A stretch of 64,000 nucleotides of DNA from Podarcis erhardii. Its lineage: Eukaryota. Positions 51,071-62,270 of this stretch are shown one piece after another. The notes beneath the pieces are model-generated. The model was given only the letters and a program-made list of their open reading frames with translations, was not told the origin of the DNA and made no database searches. Numbering within the stretch: the first letter of the stretch is position 1; every line of letters begins with the position of its first letter. The stretch lies in assembly GCA_964252035.1 (NCBI GenBank), contig OZ176210.1. One strand, 5' to 3'. The translations under genes were made by a program, and so were the position numbers.

Positions 51071-51811
51071 CATAAAAAAAATGCAACACTCCTCCCACCT
51101 GCATTCGTAACTGGCCCCAGTCTGAGGAACCTTGCAGGGCCTATGCTTGGCCTGTAGGTGTGCTCTGGCTTCGAGAAACATGGCCGTGCACGATTTGCAG
51201 CTAGCCAATCAACGAACAGAACCCGATTCCAACAGATTTACCCTTTTGCCTATGCAGCATAAGTAAACAATACGATTTAAGCATTCAATCCAACAGTTGG
51301 CTGCTGCTTAATAAAATCCACCCGACAAACCATTTCTCTGCCAAGAGCTCGTTTTATGTGCCCCTTGGGGATGCGGAAGTACCATTTCTCAGGTATGCGC
51401 ACCAAGCCCTACTGATGCGATCTGGGGCAGAGAGCCAAGAATATGTATGCGCTTCACATCCAGTTCCACTTGGCTGCTAAGGAAAAGGTCTTTTGCCTGC
51501 TACAGTTATGCGAATACAGATAATAAGAGAACCTGGAATGCTCCCATCACGCCTTAAACGCACTGTTATTTTACTGAAAGGGTCTTTTGTGGAAAAGGGT
51601 GTGTCTCAATATGCATCCCATTTCCAGTGCTTGTTTCCAATTAAGTAGCAACATTCGCTTGCAAACGAAGCATGCTGAATTGGGTGAGTATGAAACAAAT
51701 GTAAATAAAGATTAAGGCTGTTAATTATTTAAAGCTTCTGTTTAGACACAAGCCCCATATAAAAATCTATCTACATAAGCATCATTCCAAATGCAGCAAA
51801 TAGTTAAAAAC

Positions 51812-51842
<31 letters not shown>

Positions 51843-52142
51843 TCATTTAATTTCTATATTTTTAAGGGGGGAAATCTCAAGGCACTTTACAACCTACATT
51901 AGAACATGCATGTGTTTGTAAAAATGTTGCTGATTCATAACTGGTACAACTACACATCTCCATGTATTTTCAAGCACTTTCGGCCAAAATATTTTATATA
52001 CCACCTTTCAAGTCCAGTTCTCAGGGAAACTTACAGATATCAAACAGTATCACATGTATAAACAACCTATAACATAATTTGCCAATAGTAGTCGGAGCTG
52101 TAACAGAACCTAATTTATCAACCACTTAGAGCCTGTGTGAAC

Positions 52143-52588
52143 TGTTAGAGTTCCTGCTCCATGATTGCAGTCATGGGATTGTTGTCTATCACATGACGGT
52201 ATATGTTTTGACTCCACAAAGTGGGAAGTGATGGAGACAGGATGTTTGTGTTACTGTGTTCCGTGAAGTGGGACTATTGTCCTTTGTTCTTTCTCGCTTT
52301 GCTGTCTGATGCTAGAGAGAGAGAGGGAGCCATGTTGCAGTGCTCCGTGTGTTTATATGTAAATAAAGTAGATTAGCCAAAATGCTGAGTTGCTGAGGTC
52401 TGTTACGCAACAGCGCAAACTCTGCAGATCCCTAAGTGTGCTGGTGTCTGTTGGCATCCGTCGCTGTGATGTTTGGGCAGAAGAAAGCTTTTGAAGCTCC
52501 TGAACGAGCGACCAGGAGGGAGGGAACATGCCAGTCGGGCATGTATCTCTACCAGGGTCCTACTCGAGTATAAGTTGAGCTCCTGACA
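52143..52588 (+). mobile_element. Solo LTR (446 bp)
   Basis: TGTTAG...CTGACA ends; 5-bp TSD TGAAC at 52138-52142 and 52589-52593; internal AATAAA at ~52362. Confidence 0.85.
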
Positions 52589-53772
52589 TGAACATCATTT
52601 TAATCTGGTGGTTTAGAAGTTATCAGATTATGTGCCAGTTCATATGGGCTTACATGGAATGGACTTCAAACAGGGCACCAGTACAGAGAAGGTACCGCTA
52701 CTGGTAACCAACTATCTTACTTTTGAAGGCTTCTAAATAAGACTTTAACAGCCAGATAGGTTCGTATGGGAGCATTTGGTCTTTCTAATACACTTTTTAG
52801 GGATTTATAGATCAACAAAAATCAGTGAGTTTCAACATTTGCCATATTTAGGGCAGGTTCGCCCTGACAAAAAAAGCTCAACAACGTTTGGCTGATCCTC
52901 CCCCCAAAAACTCTGGTCAGTCCAATGGGTAGAACACTGCCTGTTTTTTTATAGTGGGAGTAGAACGCAATCTCTTGGAAGTTGGGCGTGCCTGCCCTAG
53001 AGTATGCCCTAATTCTGAGATGGTAGCCCTCTGTCTATGCTGTATGGCCACAGGTAGCCCACTGAGGTTTTAAAGACCTGACTCATTTTTGAATGGAAAA
53101 ACATTCATGCATTTTGAAGAGTCTATGACTGAACGCTCCTCCAAATAATGGATAGCCCAGACACAGCTTTACCATCCCAGTGAGAACCAGGTCTTGTGTT
53201 AGATCGATTCCTCTCTCTTTCTCTCCCAGAGGGCAAAAATGAAGATAGATTTACGGCAACCTTTTCCAATAATCAGTTGCTTATTCCAGTATTAAACTTC
53301 CATCTGTTAAATACTTCTCTTCACCCCTGTGCTGCTTAACATCAAAGCCTTAATCCACATGACAGTGTTGAGACAAGGGTCTGCTCCAAAGCCTGGAACC
53401 TGCAGAAGCTCCATAGTCTGCCCACCCCAAGCCAACAGTCTTGGCAACACGCGTCAATGAAGTTTAATAGAATCTGCCCAATAGCTGGCTATGTCTAGCG
53501 CTGCTGGTTCAACAGCTGAGAAAAGTCAACTGCCTTGAAAACCACCCTTTTATTAAAAAGATCTTGTTTGCTGTTGTGGGCCACCATCTGTTCTTGAGTT
53601 GACGCTCCATTGCTACACAGACATTGCTATGCAGACATGGCTGATTGAACATGTAACCAAAAAGGAGTGGGCAAGTGAGGAGGTGGCAGAAAAGTGAAGC
53701 AGTAGCCACATGCAATGAGAAAGATTGTGTATGCATGGAGGTGATGTGCCTATCATCCAAAATAACCTAAAG

Positions 53773-54754
53773 CAGTGTTTCCCAACCGGTGTTCCGCGGC
53801 ACACTAGTGTGCCGCGAGACGTTGCCTGGTGTGCCGCGGGAAAAATTAAAAAATTCGAAAGATATCCGGAGAGGCGGCCTTCGGGCGAGTTTTAATTTTA
53901 ATTTTCCTTCTCCCACTTAATGCCCCACGCTCGCCCGAGCAGCTTGCAGTCCTCGGTAACCACGGCGACCCGAGGGAGGGGAGGGAACAGGGAAGTCGAG
54001 GGCGGCGGCGAGCCGCGATGACGTCAGTGGGCCGCGCCGCCTCACCCTGGCACGGTGTGAGAGCCCCGGCTAGTGGCGCGAGCTTCGGAATAAGTGGGAT
54101 CCGCGTGCGTGAGACCGAGATCGCGGGTAAGGAGCTCAGCCCTGGGCAGGAGGAAGCGGGGGCCACATCCCCACAGAGAGCGAGCCTCCCCCGGCCCACC
54201 ACTCCGGGCAGGTCCACTCGCATGAGGGGGCGGCGATGGCGACGGCCGGCAGCTTGCCTGCAATGCCATCCCTCGAGCAGGCGAGGAGCCCGGAGGCTAC
54301 CAGATGCGAGTCCTCTTTCCCACCCTGCTCGGGAGTCCAGAGCACTTGGTCGCATTCAGGATCTAGAGTGGGGAAGCGGGGCTTGTGTCTGGGCTGGACA
54401 CATTGGGCTGCCTGTGCCGCTCGACCTGCGGGGAGAAATCAGGGTGGGAGTCACGACCGTGAGGCAGGGCTGCCAAGTGTGGCAGAAGAGGACACGGCAG
54501 TCGCACCTGTCCTTAGGTAGGAGCTTCTTCCGTGTCGACCTGCTGCCCTAAAGTCTTTGCTTTTTTCTTGGCTTTTTGGCGGTTGGCACAGAAGGAAGGC
54601 AAGGGGGAGGGGAAAAAATTGAAACTTACACTTTCGTGCGTCCCTCCCGGCGTGACGCTGCGCGCTGACGTCACGGGGCTGTAATGGTGGTGTGCCTCGA
54701 GATTTTTTTCATGAAACAAGTGTGCCTTTGCCCAAAAAAGGTTGGGAAACACTG
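53773..54754. mobile_element. Non-autonomous hAT (Charlie-like) element with GC-rich cargo
   Basis: TIRs CAGTGTTTCCCAACC / GGTTGGGAAACACTG; TSD ACCTAAAG / ACCTAGAG. Confidence 0.92.
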
Positions 54755-54789
54755 ACCTAGAGATGGTCCAGGCCAACCTTCACTACCCT

Positions 54790-55087
54790 GGTAAAGGTAA
54801 AAGTAAAGGGACCCCCGACCATTAGGTCCAGTCGTGGCCGACTCTGGGGTTGCGGTTCTCATCTTGCTTTATTGGCCGAGGGAGCCGGCGTACAGCTTCC
54901 AAGTCATGTGGCCAGCATGACTAAGCTGCTTCTGGTGAACCAGAGCAGCGCACGGAAACGCCGTTTACCTTCCCGCCGGAGTGGTACCTATTTATCTACT
55001 TGCACTTTGACGTGCTTTCGAAGTGCTGATCTTCTGATCGGCAAGTCCTAGGCTCTGTGGTTTAACCCACAGCGCCACCCGTGTCCC
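54790..55087 (-). mobile_element. Sauria SINE with internal deletion
   Basis: Tail ggtaaaggtaaaagtaaagg, head ...cgccacccgtgtccc; ACCCTGGTA near both ends. Confidence 0.9.
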
Positions 55088-57540
55088 TCCACCACCCTGG
55101 TACCTCTAAATATTTTGGACTACAACTCCCATCAGCCCAACCAGCATGGTCAATGGTTAGAGATGTTAGGAGTGGCCTGGAGGGCAAGTGTCTGGTGAAG
55201 GCTGCCCAGTGTATGAACAATGCAAAAGTATTGTTTAGCCGCAAGGAGATGCAGGTGTAGACTCTGAAAGTGGCACTACAACCATTTCTGCCGGGAAGTC
55301 GTTCTGCATGCTACTTCAAAACCATCCAACTATCTTTTTCTATCAATCCAAGGGAAATAGCAGTGGACAACTGTTGCAATTAGCCGGTAGTAATTTAGAG
55401 GCAGTGGCAGACAACTGCCATTGTGGATTCAATATTTGCTAAACAAGACCACTGGCCTTTAGCCATTCACAAAAACAAAGCCTTAGCCTTCTTAAGAGTT
55501 AACGGAGTGTTTCAACAATCATTCCTTAAGCAGCAGGGTTCAACATGCTGTGAGGGCAATGGAAGAAGCTAGATAATAGACAGAGAAAACAACATTCTCT
55601 CAAACCTATTTACAGAGTGCAAAGTCCTGCAACAAGGGCCTCAGAGTTCTTGGGGAGATGCCTGTCAAGAACGGTTAAGAGGTCTCAAGTTAAGCATCTC
55701 ATCCTGACAGACATTAGTTGCGGAGAAATATTCTTTAAGTCATTCATTACTGTGCAAGTACTACAGCCTTTCCAGACAAGTGACTATGCAGGCTATTTTA
55801 CCAAATGAAACTCCAGCTCTATAATTGTTTAATTATATGGTTGTCAAAGCCACAAATAGCTTGTTTGAGGAGTACAAAGTTCAATACACACAGACAGAGA
55901 AGTTTTCATGATGTTTAGCTGAACGGCTTCCGTTGGCAGAAAGGAGAGCAGTATTTTTCATCTGTCACATGAAATTACTGTTCATTTTCTGAGGAAAGTT
56001 CCCCTACCTCTCCCTTACCTGGTTCATTCCAGACATTCAAATTGTACTAGTTTGCTTTCCTGCAACTTTAAAGACACTGATTCCCAGAAGTAAAAAACAA
56101 AACAAAAATGTGTTCTTGTTTTTTGTAAAAAAAACACCACTTTTGCCATGCCATGCTGGGTACACACACAGGTGAATTGAGGTACCTAAGAATATTTTGG
56201 TTTGCCATACAACGGGCTGGTCAGGATTCACAAGTGAAACATGCCCTGATCATGGAGTGGGGGGGGGGTGGTCCTTAAGTGACCTACCTAAACAATTTAT
56301 TTTTATTGCTGGGTTTAAAAAAAAGACCACAACTAAAAGTTGTAATAGAAAACATCAAGGAAGGTAGGTTCTATTAGTTATAATATGCAATTGTATTAGA
56401 AGTAATATAAATTCTATTCGTATTAGAAATAATGTGCCACTTTAACATGTAAAGAAACAAGTTTTTCATTGCTAGAGAAAAAAGGTCAGAAATTAGCATC
56501 CATATAATGCCAATGACATTAGTTTACTGATCATTCTGAAAGGGAAAGGTGTTCCCCAATCCTATCCCCATTTTCCTCCCTTCCAAATCAGACTTTGTAC
56601 TGTGGCAATAAATTGTCTTGTGCCCAAATTTTTCAACCCAACTGCACAAAAAGCCATTCCATGATAAACCGAAAATACAAGCACATAAGAAGTTTTCTGC
56701 AGTGACAAAAGATACCCAGTTTATCAGAAAATTCAGCTAACCAGGCCATTCTACTTTGAAACTATGCTCTACTGCTGTTTGTCTGTTTATTCCATAAAAT
56801 CTATATATCACTTCATTATAGAAAAAACCCTCAAAGAGGTTCACACAAAAAATGTTATCTTCTCTAACCAGTATTATATTATTGCTCGGTTGTTTTAATG
56901 TAAACTGATATGCATTAGTTATGTAAAATGCAGGCAACCTTTAAGATCTATGCAAATAATTTGTTATCTGTAGTTAAATTGTAAAAGTCAAGTAAAAAAA
57001 TTTCAGAAAAGAAAAGACAAGTCAGTTTCTGCACTATGGACTACTTGGATTTGGGGGGGGGTGTATATAAAGCAGAAGAATCCATAAAGTGCTTGTCCCA
57101 TAAAATTAACATCACAGAGCCCAATTGAGGTTCATTATTGTATCGCTACCACAGCAACAAAAACATTTCTAACACAAAGATTTGCTTATTTTTAAAGAGA
57201 GAAGTAAAGGACTGTTATGATTCTTGAAATAATAAAAAGGGGGTTTTGAGTCATACATTTCACAGCGCTATCCATGCGCCAATGAACACTTTTAAAGATA
57301 TGCAAACAAAAAACGGGGGGGGGGGGGAATGTAGAACACTAGAGCCACCAGGGGGGGAAATGAACAGAATAAGAAGCTGGCTAGAATCCACTCTGTAAAT
57401 CAGTAAACTTAACAGCAAATTAAGCTGCAAGATTCACTGTGCTAAGGGTCAAGTTGTTGGAAGAATCTGGATCTAAGTTTCTTTCTACCGGGCAAAGATC
57501 ACTAGCAACCAAATTTGGGGTGGGGTGAAAGTGATATAAG

Positions 57541-57720
57541 GGACGTGGGTGGCGCTGTGAGTTAAACCACAGAGCCTAGGACTAGCCGATCAAAAGGTCA
57601 GCAGTTCGAATCCCCACGACGGGGTGAGCTCGGTGCTTGGTCCCTGCTCCTGCCAACCTAGCAGAAAGCACATCAAAGTGCAAGTAGATAAATAGGTACC
57701 GCTCCGGCGGGAAGGTAAAA
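57541..57720 (+). mobile_element. Sauria SINE 5' half
   Basis: gggacgtgggtggcgctgtgag...gttcgaatccc...gggaaggtaaa. Confidence 0.9.
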
Positions 57721-58437
57721 AGAATCCCCACTGAAAGCTCCTAACCATCAATTAACCATCAATTAACTTAGTTTGACAGATCTGTGTGTAGTATTAACAC
57801 ACACAAAGGGTGGAGGATGGAAGTGAAATTGAAAAAAATGATATAATACAGTACCTGTCACCATTTGGAATTTTTTTTCTGTTTTCCTTCCCAGGAATTA
57901 ACTCTTTCAAGTATCTGATTTCTTTATGGCATAGTAATGAGGTCCAGCAAGGTAGCCCAGAAATCTTCAGTACTGTTAAAGAAAACCAAAAATTATTATT
58001 ATTTAATAACTTTTCTTAGTCACTTTTGTGCCACAGCAACTCAAAGCAAGTTACAATATTAAAAACAAACACGGACGTCCATTAAAACCAGCATTATAGA
58101 AACAACCTAAAATATAATTCTTTTTTGTTGTTGTTGAAAAACTAGACTAAAACACCAACACACAAAAATTGTAGGTTATGAAAAGGGAAACAATCCCCCT
58201 GTCTCTCTCCCAAAAGAGGTAGTAACAACAACAACAACAACAACATATTTATACCCTGCCCATCTGGTAATCATTGTAGAGCAACCTAAGACGTTTCTGT
58301 GCCAATACTAGGCCTAAAAACCGATTGAATTTGATCTAGAAAATTCATGTAAGAGAGCCTAGTATGACAACATCTGGAGGGCCTCAGGTTCCCCACCTAG
58401 CTATGCAGAACCTGGAAATATGAGTGATACACAAATA

Positions 58438-59223
58438 TACCAAAACAAACAAGATGAATTTTAACAGGGAGAAATGAAAAGTATTGCACTTGGGCAAAAA
58501 AAATGAGAGGCACAAATACAAGATGGGTGACACCTGGCTTGAGAGCAGTACATGTGAAAAGGATCTAGGAGTCTTGGTTGACCACAAACTTGACATGAGC
58601 CAACAGTGTGACGCGGCAGCTAAAAAAGCCAATGCAATTCTGGGCTGCCTCAGTAGGAGTATAGCATCTAGATCAAGGGAAGTAATAGTGCCACTGTATT
58701 CTGCTCTGGTCAGACCTCACCTGGAGTACTGTGTCCAGTTCTGGGCACCACAGTTCAAGAAGGACACTGACAAACTGTCCAGAGGAGGGCAACCAAAATG
58801 GTCAAAGGCCTGGAAACGATGCCTTACGAGGAATGGCTAAGGGAGCTGGGCATGTTTAGCCTGGAGAAGAGGAGGTTAAGGGGTGATATGATAGCCATGT
58901 TCAAATATATAAAAGGATGTCACATAGAGGAGGGAGAAAGGTTGTTTTCTGCTGCTCCAGAGAAGCGGACACGGAGCAATGGATCCAAAGTACAAGAAAG
59001 AAGATTCCACCTAAACATTAGGAAGAACTTCCTGACAGTAAGAGCTGTTCGACAGTGGAATTTGCTGCCAAGGAGTGTGGTGGAGTCTCCTTCTTTGGAG
59101 GTCTTTAAGCAGAGGCTTGACAACCATATGTCAGGAGTGCTCTGATGGTGTTTCCTGCTTGGCAGGGGGTTGGACTCGATGGCCCTTGTGGTCTCTTCCA
59201 ACTCTATGATTCTATGATTCTAT
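58438..59223 (+). mobile_element. CR1 LINE 3' fragment
   Basis: [31 protein letters not shown]...[18 protein letters not shown]...[14 protein letters not shown]; (ATTCTATG)n tail; stop and frameshift present. Confidence 0.96.
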
Positions 59224-59343
59224 AATGCAGCCTGTATTGGCTCTGGCAGGGTCCCAGTCTACATGCAGATCATCAGGAGGCACGATGGGTTCAATTCACA
59301 ATGTGCAGGGATGTGAACCGCCCTGAGACTTATGGGTATAGGG

Positions 59344-59480
59344 CAGTGATGGCCAAACTTGGCCCTCCAGCTGTTTTGGTACTACAATTCCCATCATCCC
59401 TGACCACTGGGTCCTGTTAGCTAAGCATGATGGGAGTTGTAGTCCCAAAACAGCTGGAGGGCCAAGTTTGGCCATCACTG
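59344..59480. mobile_element. Palindromic 137-bp hAT MITE
   Basis: CAGTGATGGCCAAACTTGGCCCTCCAGCTGTTTTGG... and its perfect inverse; TSD GTATAGGG / ATATAGGG. Confidence 0.93.
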
Positions 59481-61110
59481 ATATAGGGTTATATACAAAT
59501 TTAATGAATAAATAATAAATATTCTGCACATGTGAACAACCCCCTACCCTCAATGAAGCCCCACACTGGTGCAACTTGACAATCTTTTTTAATTCAGGGT
59601 TTTTGGGTATTCAAGTTCTGAGATTAGATACGTATTTGTAATTTTTAAGGCTCCAAAATGGCAGTATTTGTATGCAGCCGACCACTAATTTGTCATTGGT
59701 ACCACACACAAACCATTCCTGGTATAAAAGCTGAAGCATGACACAGCCGAGCGGGTAGGCCGTACCGTTTGATATTTACATTCAACGTTAGTAGCCTCGT
59801 AAATCTGAGAAGTCTACCATTGTGACAAGATATAGCTGCCAAATGTTTAGTACTTATATGAAATGAGAGGCGGGCAAGAAAGAAGTATGATGAAATCTTG
59901 CGCCCAATAAAAGCGATAGCAATTCCTCTACCAAGTCAAATTAATTCCAGTTGGAAGTTTATTTCAAGTGGGAGAAATTCCAGGCAAAGTGGAATCGTCA
60001 GCCGCCACTGTGGTGATCTAATGTAGCAAAAGCAATATTAAGTGCAGGGTGCTTTTTCTGCCAAGCTGCTTTTAGGGAAAGGCAAATGCTTAATTCACAC
60101 TTTAACATCCCCCCCCCCTCCCCCAGCCTTGGTGGCTTTTAAACAGATTTAAAAGGGGGTGAGTGGAATCAAAGCACTTTTGCAGCTATTACACAGGTAT
60201 CTCAGCTTTTGAAATAATCACACCGTTAAATATTTCAAGGCTTTCTGGATAGTCAACAATAGTATCGAGTTGCATTAATTCATGACAGGGCTGGTTATAA
60301 ATGGCATGAAACAGCTGTTGCCCAGAGGATTTAACTCTGTAGTGTTATAGAGAACTCAAAGAACAAAGAAGACGAAAAAGAAGCGGGAGAAGGAATGCAG
60401 GAAAGCTTTTCAGAAGGTAAATGTCTTGCTAAGAAACTTTGCCCTAGTTACTCTTTTGGGTCCCATCAAATGCAACCAGTAATTTAGAAACCAAGAGAAG
60501 GTGCTTCCCTCTCTAAGACTGCAATCTTATACCCGGCTGCAATCTTATACCCGCTTTCCTGTGAACACGATAAAACTTACTCCAAGTAGACATGCATATC
60601 GCACTGTAAATTATGAATAAATTTTGAAGTGTCTATGTGCACGCGAGCGCGCGCGCGCACACACACACAGGTGCTAGCATTATCTGAAAATGTTAAATGT
60701 TACGCTGCTTCTGTTGCTGTTTGACGCTATAATCAGCAGTTTATACCTCCAACGTCTGATTTGCAAGACAAAGCTCTACTTACAATGGAAGTTTACAGTC
60801 TGCAGATTACTGAAAGATTACTCTTGCTTCTGAGACTCTTGCTCAGCAACGCTACTGAAAAGTTATAGCTCAAAAGACAATTCTTTTGAATTTTGAGCAA
60901 AGAGCTCAAACTGGTTTCACCAAAATACAAGATCTTTTTGCATTCTGCAATACATTTGCTGTTCAGTCGTACTTTTACAAACACTCGTTCACTCTTGCCA
61001 CAAAACTACTATATATATATATACATATATATGCTTTCGTAGATTTTCACGGGTACAGGAATGCAGGTTTTGGTGTCCTCGGGTGTCTTCCCGTGTAAAA
61101 GTTGGGGTGT

Positions 61111-61157
61111 CTAGGCGACGTTTCGACGAGGTCTCACTCGTCATCTTCAGGCTGGTG
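61111..61157 (-). ncRNA. Minimal type I hammerhead ribozyme-like motif in the PLE 3' end
   Basis: Minus strand: CCAGC-CUGAAGA-U-GACGAG(UGAGAC)CUCGUC-GAAA-CGUC^GCCUAG; conserved core boxes, perfect 6-bp stem II, palindromic ACGU replacing stem III; stem I is weak. Confidence 0.72.
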
Positions 61158-62270
61158 CTTTCGGCTTCTTGTTACTGGAACAGAGCAGGATCTCAGTGTT
61201 TGAGTTCCTATAAATACTGTAGAGGGGGTGTGGTGTATAGCCTCCAATGTTCTGGGCAGAGAGGAAGTTCCCAGGCTAGTGTGCCTTTTCTTCTTTTGTT
61301 CCTTAATTACTTGAGAGATATCTTGAGTGATTTCTTGAGTGATATCCTGAGTACCACTTAGGTGGGTCATTAGGTGTGGATTAGTTGCTAAAGTCTTTGT
61401 GTCTTGACCTCTTGAACTTTGTGAAGAGTTTTCCTGAGAAGATGGCTGTACTGTACTTAGTTGTGCTCTGGCTTGGCTTCGTGTATAGGGGCGAGCTGTG
61501 GTTTTGTGGCTTGTGTCAGCCAGATCTGTGTAGGGATTGCAGGGGGGTGCAGCATCCGGAGGTGCCACCATGGATTGGCTACTGGATGGTGTCTGTAATT
61601 CATCTGTGGAGAGGGTCTGGGTTTGGGTCTGGTATGGTTGATTGGTGTTGGCGTTCTGTGTGCCTCTGGATCTGGTGTCAGTTTTTGTGGGGAGGGCTAA
61701 TTTCCAGATGTCTGGCAAGCGGGATGTGTCGTCACGCTTGTTCATGTTGTGAGGGTGTTTCTCTATCTCGATGGCTTCCATGATTATTCTCTTGTGGTGA
61801 TGTTCCGTGTTAAAGAGCAATTTGGAATCTGCAAAATTAATTTCGTGTCCTGTTTCTTTCATGTGTTGGAAAAGAGAGGAAGTTTTTTCTTCTTTTTTGA
61901 CGGCATTCTTGTGTTCTGCGATACGTGCATTTATTCGTCTGTTTGTTTGTCCAATGTACGTGGCTGGGCAGACTTTGCAGGGTATTTCATAGATCCCTTG
62001 GTTTTCCAACTGGATTTTATCCTTGGGGTTTCTGAGGATATTGGCTATTTTTTGGTTGGTGCAAAAGGCTGTTTTGATATTGTGTTTATGGAGGATTTTG
62101 CTAATTTTATCTGTAGTGCCCTTGATATAAGGAAGGAGGGCCATGCCATTGTTTTCTTCTGTGTCTTGGTTTTTGGGGGGTGTTTCCTTTTGGATTAGCT
62201 TCGTAATCCTGTTTTGCTGGTATCCATTGGCAATTAACACGTTTGAGAGATTCTGTAACTCAGTTGTCAA
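61134..62270 (-). CDS. Inverted duplicate of the PLE ORF 3' part (linker, GIY-YIG, low-complexity tail)
   Basis: 378-aa ORF nearly identical to the + copy; ends ...RKHQPEDDE*. Confidence 0.9.
   Translation of the reverse strand: MTTELQNLSNVLIANGYQQNRITKLIQKETPPKNQDTEENNGMALLPYIKGTTDKISKILHKHNIKTAFCTNQKIANILRNPKDKIQLENQGIYEIPCKVCPATYIGQTNRRINARIAEHKNAVKKEEKTSSLFQHMKETGHEINFADSKLLFNTEHHHKRIIMEAIEIEKHPHNMNKRDDTSRLPDIWKLALPTKTDTRSRGTQNANTNQPYQTQTQTLSTDELQTPSSSQSMVAPPDAAPPCNPYTDLADTSHKTTARPYTRSQARAQLSTVQPSSQENSSQSSRGQDTKTLATNPHLMTHLSGTQDITQEITQDISQVIKEQKKKRHTSLGTSSLPRTLEAIHHTPSTVFIGTQTLRSCSVPVTRSRKHQPEDDE

Noticed and set aside
53846-54551. 169-aa and 177-aa ORFs inside the hAT
   Set aside because: Expected in very GC-rich DNA; open on both strands, R/P/A-rich, no transposase motifs.
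13517-60669. Short tandem arrays such as (AAAAT)n, (TTA)n, (AAC)n, (GC)n(AC)n and poly-G runs
   Set aside because: Ordinary microsatellites without unique spacers; not CRISPR or a novel array.
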